In this document: positions 1-12,382 of the stretch, piece by piece | Numbering within the stretch: position 1 is the stretch's first letter | How the letters are laid out: each line of letters starts with the position of its first letter | Source of the DNA: Candidatus Saccharimonadota bacterium | GTDB taxonomy: Bacteria > Pseudomonadota > Gammaproteobacteria > Enterobacterales > Enterobacteriaceae | Assembly: GCF_900128735.1 (NCBI RefSeq) | Contig: NZ_LT667503.1 | Span: 120,001 to 152,000, forward strand | Direction of reading: 5' to 3' | DNA length: 32,000 nt | Made by a program: the position numbers and the translations under genes | Notes under the pieces: generated by a model | Database searches by the model: none | The model's input: only the letters and a program-made list of their open reading frames with translations | Told to the model about the DNA's origin: nothing

Positions 1-40
1 TTTTTTAATATACTTTTAAAAAAATTTATATAATATATCT

Positions 41-1801
41 ATGAAAAATATTTTAAAAAGCTCTATCGTTTCTGCTTTATTTCAGTTTTTTGGAAAAGAA
101 AATTTTTTTGTTCAAAAAACTCTTTTAGATTTTCCTGTTTTATGGGTTTCTCGTTCATTATTATTTCAAGTAATTCAATTTATATATTCTTTTCAAGAAA
201 ATACATATTCAATATTATTAGATCTACATGGTGTAGATGAAAGATTTCGAAAAAACTGTATTTTTCCTGATGTCATTGTTGATTTTTCTGTATTTTATCA
301 TTTTATTTCAATTAATAACTGTAGTGAGTTAATGGTTAAAGTTGCTGTATCAATAGATGACTTAAAATTACCTACAATTACCTCTATTTTTATGAATGCT
401 AATTGGTATGAACGTGAAACATGGGAAATGTTTGGTATAGTTTTTACTAATCATCCTCATTTAACACGTATTTTAATGCCTCATAATTGGGAAGGTCATC
501 CGTTAAGAAAAGATTATCCGTCACGAGCTACAGAATTTGATCCCTTTTTTTTTAATAAACAAAAAGAAAATTTAGCGATGGAAAATCTTAATTTTAAACC
601 TGAATCTTGGGGTTTAAAAGAAAATCAAGATGGATTAGAGTATATGTTTTTAAATTTAGGTCCGAATCATCCTTCTTCTCATGGTGCTTTTCGTATCATT
701 TTACAGTTATATGGCGAGAAAATTATTAATTGTGTTCCAGATATCGGGTATCATCATCGAGGCGCCGAAAAAATTGCAGAAAGACAGTCTTGGCATAGTT
801 ATATTCCATATACTAATCGTGTTGAGTATTTAGGCGGGTGTATTAATGAAATGCCTTATATATTAGCAGTAGAAAAATTAGCTGGTATTGTGGTACCGAG
901 TAAAGTTGAAGTTATTCGTGTTCTTCTTTCTGAATTATTTCGCATTAATAGTCATTTAGTATTTATTTCAACATTTATTCAAGATACCGGTAGTATGAGT
1001 ACTGTTTTTTTAGCTTTTACAGATCGACAGATTATTTATGATTTAATTGAAGAGATTACAGGGGCTCGTATGCATCCTGCTTGGTTTCGTATAGGAGGAG
1101 TAGCTAAAGATTTACCAAAAAATTGGTATATTTTATTGGAAAAATTTTTATCTTGGCTTCCGAAAAGATTAGATTTTTATATGAATATTGCTTTAAAAAA
1201 TAGCATTTTAATTGCTCGATCCAAAGGTGTAGCTGTATATAATCGTAAAAATGCTTTGTCATGGGGGATAACTGGAGCAGGATTACGAGCAACAGGAATT
1301 AATTTTGATGTACGGAAATGGAAACCTTATTCTGGTTATCAAAATTTTGATTTTGAAATACCAGTTGGTGAATATAAAAGCGATGCTTATACTCGCGTTT
1401 TATTAAAAGTAGAAGAAATTAGACAAAGTTTAAAAATATTACAACAGTGTTTAAAGAATATGCCGTCAGGACCATTTAAATCAGATCATCCATTAGCGAC
1501 TCCACCTGATAAGTCTAATGTAATGCAGCATATTGAAACAATGATCACGCATTTTTTACAAGTTTCTTGGGGTTTAATTATCCCAGCAAATGAAAGTTTA
1601 CAGATGGTTGAGGCGTCTAAGGGTGTTAATAGTTATTATTTAATTAGTGATGGCGGAACTATGAGTTATAGAACTAGAATTCGAACGCCAAGCTTTGCAC
1701 ATTTACAACAAATACCATCAGTAATTTGTGGTTCTTTAATCTCAGATTTAATTGTTTATTTAGGAAGTATTGATTTTGTTATGTCCGATGTTGATCGTTA
1801 A
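41..1801 (+). CDS. nuoC: NADH-quinone oxidoreductase fused subunit C/D (NuoCD)
   Basis: 586 aa. Colinear by eye with E. coli fused NuoCD (~600 aa): [51 protein letters not shown]-terminal [13 protein letters not shown] identical. TAA stop. Confidence 0.97.
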   Translation: MKNILKSSIVSALFQFFGKENFFVQKTLLDFPVLWVSRSLLFQVIQFIYSFQENTYSILLDLHGVDERFRKNCIFPDVIVDFSVFYHFISINNCSELMVKVAVSIDDLKLPTITSIFMNANWYERETWEMFGIVFTNHPHLTRILMPHNWEGHPLRKDYPSRATEFDPFFFNKQKENLAMENLNFKPESWGLKENQDGLEYMFLNLGPNHPSSHGAFRIILQLYGEKIINCVPDIGYHHRGAEKIAERQSWHSYIPYTNRVEYLGGCINEMPYILAVEKLAGIVVPSKVEVIRVLLSELFRINSHLVFISTFIQDTGSMSTVFLAFTDRQIIYDLIEEITGARMHPAWFRIGGVAKDLPKNWYILLEKFLSWLPKRLDFYMNIALKNSILIARSKGVAVYNRKNALSWGITGAGLRATGINFDVRKWKPYSGYQNFDFEIPVGEYKSDAYTRVLLKVEEIRQSLKILQQCLKNMPSGPFKSDHPLATPPDKSNVMQHIETMITHFLQVSWGLIIPANESLQMVEASKGVNSYYLISDGGTMSYRTRIRTPSFAHLQQIPSVICGSLISDLIVYLGSIDFVMSDVDR

Positions 1802-1840
1802 AAAAAATTTTTTAATATATGATTAATTATAGGAAATATA

Positions 1841-2314
1841 ATGAGTTTTCAATTAAGTAAAAAAGAAATTATAGAAATTAATTTAAAAAAAAAATGTTAT
1901 TTAGATAATCGAGCAGTCTCTATAGAAGCTTTAAAGATTGTTCAAAAAAATAGAAAATGGATTTGTATAGAGGCAATTGTTGCGATAGCTAATTTATTAG
2001 GTATTTCAAAAGAAGAAGTTGAAGGTGTTGCAACATTTTATAGTCATATTTTTCGTAAACCCGTAGGGCGTAATATTATTAAGTATTGCGATAGCGTTGT
2101 TTGTTTTATCAATGGTTATGTAGAAATTGAAGAAAAATTAATTAGTTTATTAAATATTAATATCGGAGAAACAACAGAGGATAAGAGATTTACATTATTA
2201 CCTACTTGTTGTTTAGGAGCGTGTGATAAAGGTCCGGTATTACTAATTAATGAAGATATACATCATAATATTACACAAGATGGTATTTCTTGTTTATTGG
2301 AAAAATATAAATAA
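1841..2314 (+). CDS. nuoE: NADH-quinone oxidoreductase subunit E (NuoE, 2Fe-2S)
   Basis: 157 aa. The four 2Fe-2S cysteines are retained (CDSVVC ... [10 protein letters not shown]). AGGAAA Shine-Dalgarno at 1831-1836. Position in the nuo operon fits. Confidence 0.95.
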   Translation: MSFQLSKKEIIEINLKKKCYLDNRAVSIEALKIVQKNRKWICIEAIVAIANLLGISKEEVEGVATFYSHIFRKPVGRNIIKYCDSVVCFINGYVEIEEKLISLLNINIGETTEDKRFTLLPTCCLGACDKGPVLLINEDIHHNITQDGISCLLEKYK

Positions 2315-2316
2315 AT

Positions 2317-3633
2317 ATGATAAAAAAAAAATCAGAAACACATCCTTTAACTTGGAGATTAGATGAATTATATAGTCCTATTTGGATGGATGAATATTGT
2401 AAGAAAAATGGTTATAATGGATTACGTAAAACATTAAAAACAAAAACGCCAAATGATGTTATTTCATTAGTGACTGAATCTGGTTTAAAAGGTAGAGGAG
2501 GCGCTGGTTTTCCAACCGGTTTAAAATGGAATTTAATGATACAGAATTCTTCTTTGTTAAAACGACGTTATGTAATATGTAATGCAGATGAAATGGAACC
2601 AGGAACATATAAAGATAAATTATTAATGGAATATTTACCACACCAACTTATTGAAGGTATAATATTAAGTGGTTTTGCTTTACAAGCAAAATATGGTTAT
2701 ATTTTTTTACGAGGAGATTACTATATTGCAGAAAGAAATTTAACTCAAGCATTACAGGAAGCGCAATCTCAAGGTTTTTTAGGAAAAAATATTTTAAATA
2801 GTGGTTTTAGTTTTTATTTATTTTTGCATACTGGAGCAGGCAGGTATATTTGCGGAGAAGAAACAGCATTAATTAATTCTTTAGAAGGTAAACGAGCTAA
2901 TCCACGATATAAACCTCCCTTCCCGGCGAATGTTGGTTTATGGGGTTTCCCTACGTGTATAAATAACGTTGAAACTTTATCAAATATTCCTTCAATTGTT
3001 TTAAATGGAGTAAAATGGTATCGAAGCCTTTCTAAAAGTACTGATACAGGTACTAAATTAATGGGTTTTTCTGGCAGCGTAAAAAGAGCTGGAGTATGGG
3101 AATTACCTTTAGGAATTACTGCTAGGGAAATTTTAGAAGATTATGCTCATGGTATGAAATTTGGAAACACGCTAAAAGCTTGGCAACCAGGCGGAGCAGG
3201 AACATCTTTTTTATCTTCGAATGATTTAGATATTCCAATGGATTTTGTTAATTTACAAAGAATAGGTAGCAGATTAGGTACTGGACTTGCGATAGCCGTA
3301 GGACATAAAATTCCAATTGTTTCCTTATTATTAAATATTGAAATATTTTTTTCACGTGAATCCTGTGGTTTATGTACTCCGTGTCGCGAAGGTCTTCCTT
3401 GGGCAGTAAAAATATTACAAGATTTAAAAGATTTAAATGGTCAACCAGGAGATATTGAGATTTTAGAAGAACTATGTCATACACTAGGGCCCGGTAAAAC
3501 ATTTTGTGCTCATGCACCTGGAGCAATATCACCATTATATAGTGCTCTTCGATTGTTTCGTGAAGAATTTCAAAAATGTATTCAAAATAATATAAATTCT
3601 TTAAAAAATAATGATTTTATTGTTCGTTTATAA
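2317..3633 (+). CDS. nuoF: NADH-quinone oxidoreductase subunit F (NuoF, FMN/NADH-binding, 4Fe-4S)
   Basis: 438 aa. [20 protein letters not shown] motif, [24 protein letters not shown], and [12 protein letters not shown] 4Fe-4S motif. Starts 2 nt after the nuoE stop. Confidence 0.97.
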   Translation: MIKKKSETHPLTWRLDELYSPIWMDEYCKKNGYNGLRKTLKTKTPNDVISLVTESGLKGRGGAGFPTGLKWNLMIQNSSLLKRRYVICNADEMEPGTYKDKLLMEYLPHQLIEGIILSGFALQAKYGYIFLRGDYYIAERNLTQALQEAQSQGFLGKNILNSGFSFYLFLHTGAGRYICGEETALINSLEGKRANPRYKPPFPANVGLWGFPTCINNVETLSNIPSIVLNGVKWYRSLSKSTDTGTKLMGFSGSVKRAGVWELPLGITAREILEDYAHGMKFGNTLKAWQPGGAGTSFLSSNDLDIPMDFVNLQRIGSRLGTGLAIAVGHKIPIVSLLLNIEIFFSRESCGLCTPCREGLPWAVKILQDLKDLNGQPGDIEILEELCHTLGPGKTFCAHAPGAISPLYSALRLFREEFQKCIQNNINSLKNNDFIVRL

Positions 3634-3741
3634 GAGAGAAAAAATTTTTTTTAATATTGAATAATAAATCATATTTAAAATTTTCATTAATTGATCGCAT
3701 ATGCATTTTATAATGTATATGATAGTTAGCACGGTATTCTC

Positions 3742-6501
3742 ATGATAAAAATTTATATTGACAAAAAAAAATTTTTTATAAAGGATTCGTTAAATAATCT
3801 TTTGCAAATTTGTTTATCTCTTGGTCTAGAGATACCATATTTTTGTTGGCATCCTGAATTAGGAAGTATTGGCGCTTGTAGGCAATGTGCGGTTAAAATT
3901 TATAAAAATAGTTCTGATATACACGGTACGATTGTAATGTCTTGTATGACTTTAGTTCAAAATGAAATGAGGATATCAATTGTAGATTCTGAAACAAAAA
4001 AATTTCGTAAAGGGATATTGGAATTGATGATGTTAAATCATCCACATGACTGTCCAATTTGCGCTGAAGGTGGAAGTTGTCATCTTCAGGATATGACGGT
4101 TTTAAACCAGCATTATATTCGTCGTTATAGATTTGAAAAAAGAGTTTTTAAAAATCAATTTTTAGGCCCTTTGATATCGCATACTATGAATCGTTGTATT
4201 ACATGTTATCGTTGTGTACGATATTATAATGATTATGCTGGAGGAAAAGATTTTGGGGTTTATGGTTCTGGGAATAAAATTTATTTTGGAAGAGTAGAAG
4301 AAGGAAGTTTAGAAAGTGAGTTTTCTGGAAATTTAATTGATGTTTGTCCTACAGGTGTTTTTACAGATAAAACTAATAAAAAAAATTTTTATCGAAAATG
4401 GGATTTACAGTATACCCCCAGTGTTTGTCATCATTGCAGTATCGGCTGCAATATTAGTATTGGAGAAAAATTAGGTACATTATGTCGTATAGATAATAGA
4501 TATAATAAAAATATTAATAAACATTTTTTATGTGATTTAGGCAAATTTAGTTATGGATTCTCTAATTTAAATAATAGATTAAAAAATCCATTTCAACGTA
4601 TAAATACTACAATTCAACGAATTAATTATTCTAATGCTATTACCAAGATTGCTGATATTTTAAAAAACTCCTGTTCTTCGATATTAGGGATTGGTTCAGT
4701 TAGAGCTAGTCTTGAAAGTAATGTGGCTTTATATAATTTAGTTGGGAAAAATAATTTTTCCAATGGAATGTTGCATGAATCAAGTCAGTGTGCGAAATTA
4801 ATTTTAGAGGCTATTCAAAATGGTGGATTTTATATACCTACTATTTCAGAAATGGAAAATTATGATGTAATATTAATTGTTGGAGAAGATATAACTCAAA
4901 CTGCTCCTCGAGCAGCGTTAGCTGTACGTCAAGCTATTAAAAATGTAAAAAAAAATACCATTCATAAGACGCAAAATGATATTCCGTCTTGGCATTCATA
5001 TGCCATGCAAAATATTAGTAAAAATAAAAAAAATTTGTTATTTATAACTTCCATAGATAAAACTAAATTAGATGATATTAGTACTTGGAATTATTATGGT
5101 TCAATAAAAAATCAAATAAAATTAGTAAATGGTATTGCAGAATGTATTTATAATAATTTTGTTAATATTAATAACAAATATGAAAAATTTTTATTTAAAA
5201 AAATAGTTTTAATAGCTAAGAGTCTAATTCAAGCAAAAAAACCTCTTATTATTTCAGGCGCATCTTATTTGAATGATCAAATTCTTAAAAGTGTTATCAA
5301 TGTTACTACAAGATTAAAAGAAAAAAATTTTTTAGTAGGATTAGCATTGTTTCCACCTTCTGTAAATAGCATAGGTACTATATTAATTTCTGGAATGTCT
5401 TTAAATGCTGCTTTAGAAAAAATAAAAAATGACCAGATAAAAACTTTAATTATTTTAGAAAATGATTTATATCGATCAATGTCTTATTTTAAGATTAAAA
5501 AAATATTAGATCAAGTTACTAACATAATTGTGCTAGATCATTATTTTAATCAAACGGTAAATCATGCAAATATTTTTTTACCTTGTACTAATTTTTTTGA
5601 AAGTTCAGGGACCGTGATCAATTATGAAAGCCGAGCTCAACGTTTTTTTAGAGCTTTTATACCAAATTTTTATAATTCTGATATATTTATTTTAGATAGT
5701 TGGCGCTGGTTATATGGTGTAAAAGAAGTCGTTATATCTAGCGCTATAATTGAAAAATTTACTTTAGATAATATGATTGATTTATGTCTTTTTTTATTTC
5801 CGATGTTTAAAACAATAAAAAAAGTTTCTCCGGATTCTTTTTTTCGTATTGCCGGGCAAAAAATCGCAAGATCTTCACAGCGTTGTAGCGGACGAAATGC
5901 ATCACATCAAGATCAGAAAATAAATAAATCTTCTGTTCCGCTTGATCAAGATACAATGTTTACTTTTTCTATGGAAGGAGGAAGCGTTCAAAGTATTAAA
6001 GAAAATTTTACTTATCTTCCTTTTTCTTGGTCTCCTGGATGGAATTCCGGACAATCTTATTATAAATTAGAGAAATCATTACAGCATAAAAATTTTTCTT
6101 TTTTTACTGAAGATATATTATACCCTAAGGCAATAAATAAAAACATATTGTATTATACGTTAGAAAATAAAAATATAAAACGTAAAAAAAAATTATCAGA
6201 ATTTACTGTAGTTCCATATTATTATTTGTTATATAGCGAAGAATTAAGTCAGCAATATTTTAAAAGATTGAGTAATAATAATTATTATTACGCTATAATG
6301 AATGATCATGATGCGTGTTTATTTAATTTACATGATGGTGATATCATTGAATTCCAATTTGAAATGAATGTATTTAATTTGCCGGTATATATTTCAAAAA
6401 TACTAGAGAGTCATTTGTTAGGATTACCATTAGGTGGTATGAACATCCCGACTAGTATAGTTGGAAGGATAATTACCGATATTCGAAAAAAGGTTACTTA
6501 A
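3742..6501 (+). CDS. nuoG: NADH-quinone oxidoreductase subunit G (NuoG)
   Basis: 919 aa. N-terminal 2Fe-2S (CWHP...CRQCAV...SCMT), [28 protein letters not shown]...CPTGVF, and [11 protein letters not shown]...FLCDLG cluster motifs are all present. Colinear with E. coli NuoG (~908 aa) to the C-terminus. Confidence 0.96.
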   Translation: MIKIYIDKKKFFIKDSLNNLLQICLSLGLEIPYFCWHPELGSIGACRQCAVKIYKNSSDIHGTIVMSCMTLVQNEMRISIVDSETKKFRKGILELMMLNHPHDCPICAEGGSCHLQDMTVLNQHYIRRYRFEKRVFKNQFLGPLISHTMNRCITCYRCVRYYNDYAGGKDFGVYGSGNKIYFGRVEEGSLESEFSGNLIDVCPTGVFTDKTNKKNFYRKWDLQYTPSVCHHCSIGCNISIGEKLGTLCRIDNRYNKNINKHFLCDLGKFSYGFSNLNNRLKNPFQRINTTIQRINYSNAITKIADILKNSCSSILGIGSVRASLESNVALYNLVGKNNFSNGMLHESSQCAKLILEAIQNGGFYIPTISEMENYDVILIVGEDITQTAPRAALAVRQAIKNVKKNTIHKTQNDIPSWHSYAMQNISKNKKNLLFITSIDKTKLDDISTWNYYGSIKNQIKLVNGIAECIYNNFVNINNKYEKFLFKKIVLIAKSLIQAKKPLIISGASYLNDQILKSVINVTTRLKEKNFLVGLALFPPSVNSIGTILISGMSLNAALEKIKNDQIKTLIILENDLYRSMSYFKIKKILDQVTNIIVLDHYFNQTVNHANIFLPCTNFFESSGTVINYESRAQRFFRAFIPNFYNSDIFILDSWRWLYGVKEVVISSAIIEKFTLDNMIDLCLFLFPMFKTIKKVSPDSFFRIAGQKIARSSQRCSGRNASHQDQKINKSSVPLDQDTMFTFSMEGGSVQSIKENFTYLPFSWSPGWNSGQSYYKLEKSLQHKNFSFFTEDILYPKAINKNILYYTLENKNIKRKKKLSEFTVVPYYYLLYSEELSQQYFKRLSNNNYYYAIMNDHDACLFNLHDGDIIEFQFEMNVFNLPVYISKILESHLLGLPLGGMNIPTSIVGRIITDIRKKVT

Positions 6502-7481
6502 TGAATCATTTTTTAGATAATTATTTTTTTTTTATTTATAACAAAACTGTTATAACTGGTATAATTCTATTTTTAATAATTATCAGCGCGTCTTTTTTAA
6601 CGGTGATAGAAAGAAAATTATTAGGATTATTACAAAATCGTTACGGTCCTAATAGAGTAGGCTGGAATGGTTGTTTACAAATTTTAGCTGATGGAATTAA
6701 ATTAGTTTTTAAAGAAGATTGGATTCCACCTTTTAGTGAAAAATTTTTATTTATTCTAGCTCCTGTAATTTCTTTTCTTTCTTTGTTTTTGGTTTTTGCT
6801 GCAATTCCTGTCACGAATCATATATTAATAATTAATTTAAATATTGGGGTTTTATTTTTTTTAATTATGGGATCTTTATCTATTTATGGTGTTTTATTAG
6901 CAGGTTGGTCTAGTCATAACAAATATTCTTTATTAGGAGCTATACGATCAACAGCACAAATGTTAAGTTATGAAGTTTTTTTAGGTCTGTCAATGATGGG
7001 TGTAGTTATGCAAGCCAAATCTTTTAATATATTAGATATTATTAATTCTCAAACAAAAATGTGGAATATTATACCTCAGTTTTTTGGATTTATGGTATTT
7101 TTTATTTCTTGTATTGCGCTATGTCATAGACATCCTTTTGATCAACCTGAATCTGAACAAGAGTTAGCAGATGGATATCATATTGAATATTCTGGAATGA
7201 AATTCGGAATGTTTTTTATTGGAGAATATATTTCTATGATTACTGTATCGTCATTAATGACGTGTTTATTTTTTGGTGGTTGGTTTGGTCCTTTTTTACC
7301 CCCTTTTTTTTGGTTTTTAATTAAGACCGCAAGCTTTCTTTTTATCATTATTTTATTAAGAGCTTCTTTACCAAGACCTAGATATGATCATGTTATGCTA
7401 TTTAGCTGGACTTTTTGTTTACCAGTTGCTTTATTAAATTTATTATTTACCAGTATTATGATTTTATTAAAAATTATATAA
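6501..7481 (+). CDS. nuoH: NADH-quinone oxidoreductase subunit H (NuoH)
   Basis: 326 aa. [65 protein letters not shown] and LPRPRYD are near-identical to E. coli NuoH. The ATG overlaps the nuoG TAA (TAATG). Confidence 0.96.
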   Translation: MNHFLDNYFFFIYNKTVITGIILFLIIISASFLTVIERKLLGLLQNRYGPNRVGWNGCLQILADGIKLVFKEDWIPPFSEKFLFILAPVISFLSLFLVFAAIPVTNHILIINLNIGVLFFLIMGSLSIYGVLLAGWSSHNKYSLLGAIRSTAQMLSYEVFLGLSMMGVVMQAKSFNILDIINSQTKMWNIIPQFFGFMVFFISCIALCHRHPFDQPESEQELADGYHIEYSGMKFGMFFIGEYISMITVSSLMTCLFFGGWFGPFLPPFFWFLIKTASFLFIIILLRASLPRPRYDHVMLFSWTFCLPVALLNLLFTSIMILLKII

Positions 7482-7492
7482 AAAAGGTATTT

Positions 7493-8038
7493 ATGAAGCT
7501 AAAAAATATATTTTTTGGATTGTATAGTCAATTACGTAGTATTATATTAATTTTTTTAAATATTTTCTCTAAAAGAGAAACGAAACTTTACCCTGAAGCT
7601 GCATTAAATTTGTCTTTACGATATCGTGGTCGTATTATATTAACACGAGATCCTGGGGGAAATGAACGTTGTGTTGCATGTAATCTTTGTTCAGTAGTTT
7701 GTCCTACAGGTTGTATTGAAGTCAAAAAATCGGAAAAAAAAAATGGCCGTTGGTATGCTAAATCCTTTAAAATAAATTTTGCGCGTTGTATTTTTTGTGG
7801 TTTATGTGAGGAAGCATGTCCTACTTCTGCTATTCAATTAACTCCAGACATAGAACTCAGTGATTTTTCTAGTGAATATTTGCTATATGAAAAAAAAGAT
7901 TTACTAATATCGGGACCCGGAAAATATAGCGATTATGATTTCTATTCGGTATCCGGTATCAATGTTAAAAATAATTTAAAAAATACTCGTTCGAAAAAGA
8001 TTTTGAATACAGTTGATACTACTTCTCTTTTGCCTTAA
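7493..8038 (+). CDS. nuoI: NADH-quinone oxidoreductase subunit I (NuoI, 2x4Fe-4S ferredoxin)
   Basis: 181 aa from the ATG at 7493 (MKLKNIFFG...). This aligns with the E. coli NuoI N-terminus (~180 aa). [12 protein letters not shown] and [12 protein letters not shown] motifs are present. The ORF-track start at 7415 lies inside nuoH and adds 26 non-homologous residues. Confidence 0.93.
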   Translation: MKLKNIFFGLYSQLRSIILIFLNIFSKRETKLYPEAALNLSLRYRGRIILTRDPGGNERCVACNLCSVVCPTGCIEVKKSEKKNGRWYAKSFKINFARCIFCGLCEEACPTSAIQLTPDIELSDFSSEYLLYEKKDLLISGPGKYSDYDFYSVSGINVKNNLKNTRSKKILNTVDTTSLLP

Positions 8039-8053
8039 GAGGTATTAATTATA

Positions 8054-8578
8054 ATGTCTATTTTATTTTATTTTTTTAGTTTCTTTTCGGTTTTATGGAT
8101 TTTTTTAATTTTAATTAATAATAATTTAATTTATGTTTTATTGTATTTTGTTTTATTTATATTTTCACTTTCTGGGATATTTTTTACATTAGGATCATAT
8201 TTTTTAGGTGCGTTAGAAATTATTATCTATGCAGGATCAATTGTTGTTTTATTTTTATTTATTATTATGTTAATAGATTTTAATAAAAATCTTTCTATTT
8301 ACCCTTTTAGGAAATTTTTTTCTTTAAATAATATTTTTTTGTTTTGTTTTTTTATTCCGGTAATTTCATTTTTATATTTTCAATATAATATAATATCTAA
8401 ACAAAACATATTTTTTCGTATTATATCGATAAAAGATATTGGTTTTTGTTTTTTTAGAAAATATTGTTTTCTCATAGAATTAGCGTCATTACTTTTATTA
8501 TCATCTGTAATTCTTGTTTGTTTCTTTATTAAAAATAATAGATATATTCATACTATTATAAATAAAGGTTTAAAATAA
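8054..8578 (+). CDS. nuoJ: NADH-quinone oxidoreductase subunit J (NuoJ)
   Basis: 174 aa, polytopic. GALEIIIYAGSIVVLFLFIIML and IELASLLLL match E. coli NuoJ. AAGAGGT Shine-Dalgarno overlaps the nuoI stop. Confidence 0.9.
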   Translation: MSILFYFFSFFSVLWIFLILINNNLIYVLLYFVLFIFSLSGIFFTLGSYFLGALEIIIYAGSIVVLFLFIIMLIDFNKNLSIYPFRKFFSLNNIFLFCFFIPVISFLYFQYNIISKQNIFFRIISIKDIGFCFFRKYCFLIELASLLLLSSVILVCFFIKNNRYIHTIINKGLK

Positions 8579-8884
8579 ATGTTGTTAACAATAAATAAAT
8601 GTTTAATCTTATCTTTTATTTTATTTTTTTTAGGTATTTTTATTTTATTAATAAAAGAGAATTTAATTTTCATTTTTATTGGTTTAGAGGTTATGATTAA
8701 CTCGATACTTTTATCAATGATAACAATAAGTCATTATTGGAATCAAATAGATGGACAAATTATGTATATTTTTATTATTACTGTGGCTGCGGCAGAAGTT
8801 GGAATTGCATTAATATTGTTAACAAAATTTTATCAATGTTATAATACTTTAAACATATGTATATTAAGCGAGATCAGTCAATGA
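8579..8884 (+). CDS. nuoK: NADH-quinone oxidoreductase subunit K (NuoK)
   Basis: 101 aa. Both conserved membrane glutamates are retained (GLEVMIN; AAAEVGIAL). The ATG directly abuts the nuoJ TAA. TGA stop. Confidence 0.92.
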   Translation: MLLTINKCLILSFILFFLGIFILLIKENLIFIFIGLEVMINSILLSMITISHYWNQIDGQIMYIFIITVAAAEVGIALILLTKFYQCYNTLNICILSEISQ

Positions 8885-10716
8885 ATTTAATTTATTTGGT
8901 TGCTTTTCTTCCTTTTTTAAATTGTTTTTTCTTATTGTTTTTAAATATTTTTTTTGCAAAAAAAAATATGGGATTAATTGGTATTGTTTTTATTTTTTTA
9001 ACATTTCTTCTTTCTTTGTATATCGGCTATTTTTTTCGTTCTTTTTTTGGTTCCTCTGATTTTCTTTGTGTACCTTTATGGAATTGGATAACAATTAATA
9101 ATTATATCATTCAGTTTGGTTTTATCATAGATAGTTTATCATTATCTATGTTATGTATGATAACACTGGTTAGTTTTTTAGTATATTTTTTTTCTTTTTG
9201 GTATATGAATCATAATAATCAATTGATTCGATATTTTTTATATATGAATATTTTTGTTTTTTTTATGTTAGTACTATTATTATCGGATAATTTAATTCTT
9301 TTCTTTTTTTCTTGGGAAGCGATAGGAATTTGTTCGTATTTATTGATAGGTTTTTATCGACATGATATTAAAAATAGTATTTCAGCAACTAAATCATTTT
9401 TAATGACTCGTTGCGGTGACATTTTTTTATTATTGTCTATTTTTTTAATATTTTTTAAATTTCATACTATAAATTTTCATACGTTAAATAATATGATTCA
9501 TAATCAAAAAATTTTTTATCAAAATGATTATTTTTTGTTTTTTATTGCTTTTTTTTTGGTATTAGGAATTATCGGAAAATCTGCACAAATACCATTAAAT
9601 ACATGGTTAAGAGATGCTATGGTCGGACCTACCCCTACATCAGCATTATTACACTCTACAACAATCGTAATTTCTGGTATATATCTTATATTACGAATAT
9701 ACCCACTTTTTCTTTATAATTTTTATGCAATGTATTTTCTTTCGATTATAGGGTCTATTACGCTTTTAATATCGAGTTGGAATGCAATTTTTGAAAACGA
9801 TATAAAGTATATTTTAGCATATTCTACGATGAGTCAAATTGGTTATATATTTCTAGCATTAGGTACATATAATTCGTTTGGTGCTATTATACATTTAATT
9901 CATCATGCATTTTTTAAATCTTTACTCTTTTTAGCGGCTGGATCTATTATTAAATATATGAAAGCTGAGAAAAATATTTTAAATATGGGAGGTAATTTAT
10001 ATAAAAAAATTCCGTTGGTATATTGTGCTTTTTTAATTGGTTGCGCGTCCCTCTTATCTTTTCCTTTTTTAACTTCAGCATTTTATAGTAAAGGTAATAT
10101 TTTATGGCATTTGTATTATAGTAAACGTATAGAATTTTTACTAGTTGGATTAATCGGTGTTTTTTTAACCTCAATATATACATTTCGAATGTTTTTATTA
10201 ATATTTCATAATAATAATTCAGTTTTTTTATCGGATATACATTATAATATTTTTCATAGCCTTCCTTTAATTTTATTATGTTTTTTTTGTACACCATTTG
10301 CATGGTATTTCATCACGTATTATTGTTTTTTCATTTATACCTATAAAAAAATAGCATTATTGAGTCATTTTTTTCTTGAATTTTTTATTTTATTTTTGTC
10401 TTTTTTAGGATTTCTTTTTTCTTTTTTTATTGTTTCTAAAAAAATAAGAACTTATGATTTTTTAAAAAAAATATTATTATTTCAGAAAAATTTTAGTTTA
10501 GATAAATTTTATGAATTTGTTTTTATTGAGCTTTTTTTAAAAATTGTTTTTATTTTATCTGATGATCCATTTAGTTATATTATGAATCTTTTATCAGATA
10601 TATTTTTTTATTTTATGAATTATAAATTAACATTAGAATATAAAAATATATTATGGCATATTAAATCATTTATTTTAAGTTGGTCTATTATTTTATTTTT
10701 ATTTTTATTAATTTAA
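8881..10716 (+). CDS. nuoL: NADH-quinone oxidoreductase subunit L (NuoL)
   Basis: 611 aa from the ATG at 8881 (MNLIYLVAFLP...), which forms an ATGA overlap with the nuoK stop. GKSAQIPLNTWLRDAMVGPTPTSALLHSTT, AYSTMSQIGY and HAFFKSLLFL match E. coli NuoL (~613 aa). The ORF-track start at 8857 is inside nuoK. Confidence 0.93.
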   Translation: MNLIYLVAFLPFLNCFFLLFLNIFFAKKNMGLIGIVFIFLTFLLSLYIGYFFRSFFGSSDFLCVPLWNWITINNYIIQFGFIIDSLSLSMLCMITLVSFLVYFFSFWYMNHNNQLIRYFLYMNIFVFFMLVLLLSDNLILFFFSWEAIGICSYLLIGFYRHDIKNSISATKSFLMTRCGDIFLLLSIFLIFFKFHTINFHTLNNMIHNQKIFYQNDYFLFFIAFFLVLGIIGKSAQIPLNTWLRDAMVGPTPTSALLHSTTIVISGIYLILRIYPLFLYNFYAMYFLSIIGSITLLISSWNAIFENDIKYILAYSTMSQIGYIFLALGTYNSFGAIIHLIHHAFFKSLLFLAAGSIIKYMKAEKNILNMGGNLYKKIPLVYCAFLIGCASLLSFPFLTSAFYSKGNILWHLYYSKRIEFLLVGLIGVFLTSIYTFRMFLLIFHNNNSVFLSDIHYNIFHSLPLILLCFFCTPFAWYFITYYCFFIYTYKKIALLSHFFLEFFILFLSFLGFLFSFFIVSKKIRTYDFLKKILLFQKNFSLDKFYEFVFIELFLKIVFILSDDPFSYIMNLLSDIFFYFMNYKLTLEYKNILWHIKSFILSWSIILFLFLLI

Positions 10717-10848
10717 AGATGATTTTTATTTTTATGTAATTTCTTCTTTTTTTATAAAAAAATATTATTTTTTGATGTTCTTTAAGATCTCTTTAAATTT
10801 TTTTATTATTTTTATATTTTTTCATTTAATGTAAGGGTTTTATTGTAA

Positions 10849-12360
10849 ATGTTACTTCTCATTTTAATTCTTATTCCTTTTTTGGGATCTTTCTTATCTT
10901 TTTTATCGATACGATTATGTTTAGCATTACCTCGTATTATAGCTATGTTTTCTATATTTTTTTGTTTTTTTATTTCAGTCTATTTATTTTTTTATAGTTT
11001 TTTCGGATGTAAATATAATAATATTATAGCAAATCATTGGATATCTGAATTTTCTGTACCTTGGGTACCAAATTTTGGAATATTTTTTCATTTAGGATTA
11101 GATAAGCTTTCATTATTAATGATACTATTAACATCTTTTATTGGGATTATAGCAATACTTTGTGAATGGTATCATGATTATAAAAATATAGAGGTTTTTT
11201 ATTTTTTATTTCAATTAATTATAGCGGCAACATTGGGGGTATTTCTTTCGCTTGATTTATTTTTATTTTTTTGTTTTTTTGAACTTTTATTATTGTCAAT
11301 TTATTATATTATAGTTATATGGGGATATAAATATATTGCTATTCAATATACGCGTTTACATGCAGCACGAAAATTTTTTATTTATTCGCAATTATCTGGT
11401 TTATTTTTTTTGCTATCTTCCATGTTATTAGCTTGGGTGCATTATAATAGTTCAGGAATATGGACATTTAATTATTGTTCACTATTAAATACCCCTATGT
11501 CTTTTTTAACTGAGTGCATTTTAATGTTTTGTTTTTTCTTATCTTTTATAATCAAAATGCCTTTAGTGCCTTTTCATAGTTGGTTGTCAACATTACAACT
11601 TTTTACCCCATCTTCGGGGTCTATTGATTTAATTGGTATTTTATTAAAAACATCTGTATATGGTTTTTTGAGATTTTCAATTATCTTTTTTCCTAGAGCA
11701 ATACATTATTTTTCTGAATTTTTTTTATTTTTTGGAATAATTTCTGTAATATATGGGGGTTTTTTAGCGTGTTCACAAAATAATATAAAAAATTTTATAT
11801 CATATTCTTCTATTTCCCATATGGGTATTGTTTTTATGGCTTTACATAGCGAGAATATTATTGCATATCAAGGGGTTATTTTATATATTATTTCATATGC
11901 ATTATCTACATCGGCTTTTTTAATTATGGCTAGTATTATACATAATCATATTAAGTCATATAATATTTTTTATATGAGTGATATATTTTCGAATAATCCT
12001 TTATTATTGTTTTTATTTTTATTTTTTTCTTTAGTCAATTTAGGTTTGCCGTGTACGGGAAATTTTTCTGGTGAGTTTATGATGCTATGGGGTATCTTTT
12101 ATTCATCACCTTGGTTAGGTATAGCTCTTTTTTTTGTTTTTATTTTATCTGCGATATATTGTTTAACTTTTCTTAATAAAATTTTATATGAATCTACTAA
12201 TTATAAAGAAACATTTTTAGAAGTTTCTATATTAAATATAAGTATGTTAATTATTCTGGTAGTTATTCTTATTTTTTTAGGTATATATCCTAACTTCTTA
12301 ATACATTTTATTTATGATATTACTGCTTATTTATATCAACCCTATATACCATTTTTTTAA
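10849..12360 (+). CDS. nuoM: NADH-quinone oxidoreductase subunit M (NuoM)
   Basis: 503 aa. MLLLILILIPFLG, SEFSVPWVPNFGI, VHYNSSGIWTFNY, KMPLVPFHSWL and SGSIDLIGILLKT are colinear with E. coli NuoM (~509 aa). Confidence 0.93.
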   Translation: MLLLILILIPFLGSFLSFLSIRLCLALPRIIAMFSIFFCFFISVYLFFYSFFGCKYNNIIANHWISEFSVPWVPNFGIFFHLGLDKLSLLMILLTSFIGIIAILCEWYHDYKNIEVFYFLFQLIIAATLGVFLSLDLFLFFCFFELLLLSIYYIIVIWGYKYIAIQYTRLHAARKFFIYSQLSGLFFLLSSMLLAWVHYNSSGIWTFNYCSLLNTPMSFLTECILMFCFFLSFIIKMPLVPFHSWLSTLQLFTPSSGSIDLIGILLKTSVYGFLRFSIIFFPRAIHYFSEFFLFFGIISVIYGGFLACSQNNIKNFISYSSISHMGIVFMALHSENIIAYQGVILYIISYALSTSAFLIMASIIHNHIKSYNIFYMSDIFSNNPLLLFLFLFFSLVNLGLPCTGNFSGEFMMLWGIFYSSPWLGIALFFVFILSAIYCLTFLNKILYESTNYKETFLEVSILNISMLIILVVILIFLGIYPNFLIHFIYDITAYLYQPYIPFF

Positions 12361-12382
12361 AATATAAGGTGAATTACTAAAA

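Noticed and set aside
1104-1292. Short ORFs antisense to well-supported genes: 1104-1292(-), 2459-2641(-), 3248-3535(-), 9950-10303(-), 14112-14315(+), 14649-14921(+), 17645-17881(-), 31466-31744(+).
   Set aside because: Each lies wholly inside a strongly conserved gene on the opposite strand (nuoCD, nuoF, nuoL, prs, sirB1, thrB). Their translations are low-complexity with no recognisable motif, and none has a Shine-Dalgarno. They are antisense shadow ORFs.
6499-6503. Start/stop overlaps and abutments: nuoG/nuoH TAATG, nuoJ/nuoK TAAATG at 8576-8581, nuoK/nuoL ATGA at 8881-8884, and the thrB/thrC 14-nt overlap at 31270-31283.
   Set aside because: This is ordinary translational coupling within conserved operons. 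There is no frameshift or recoding signal, and all frames are intact.
7415-7492. The ORF-track N-terminal extensions of nuoI (7415) and nuoL (8857), and the TTG starts of prmC (16518), pth (28168) and ychF (28798).
   Set aside because: The extensions overlap the preceding gene or add residues with no counterpart in E. coli orthologues. Internal ATG codons at 7493, 8881, 16557, 28171 and 28816 reproduce the orthologue N-termini and lengths, and some have better Shine-Dalgarno spacing.
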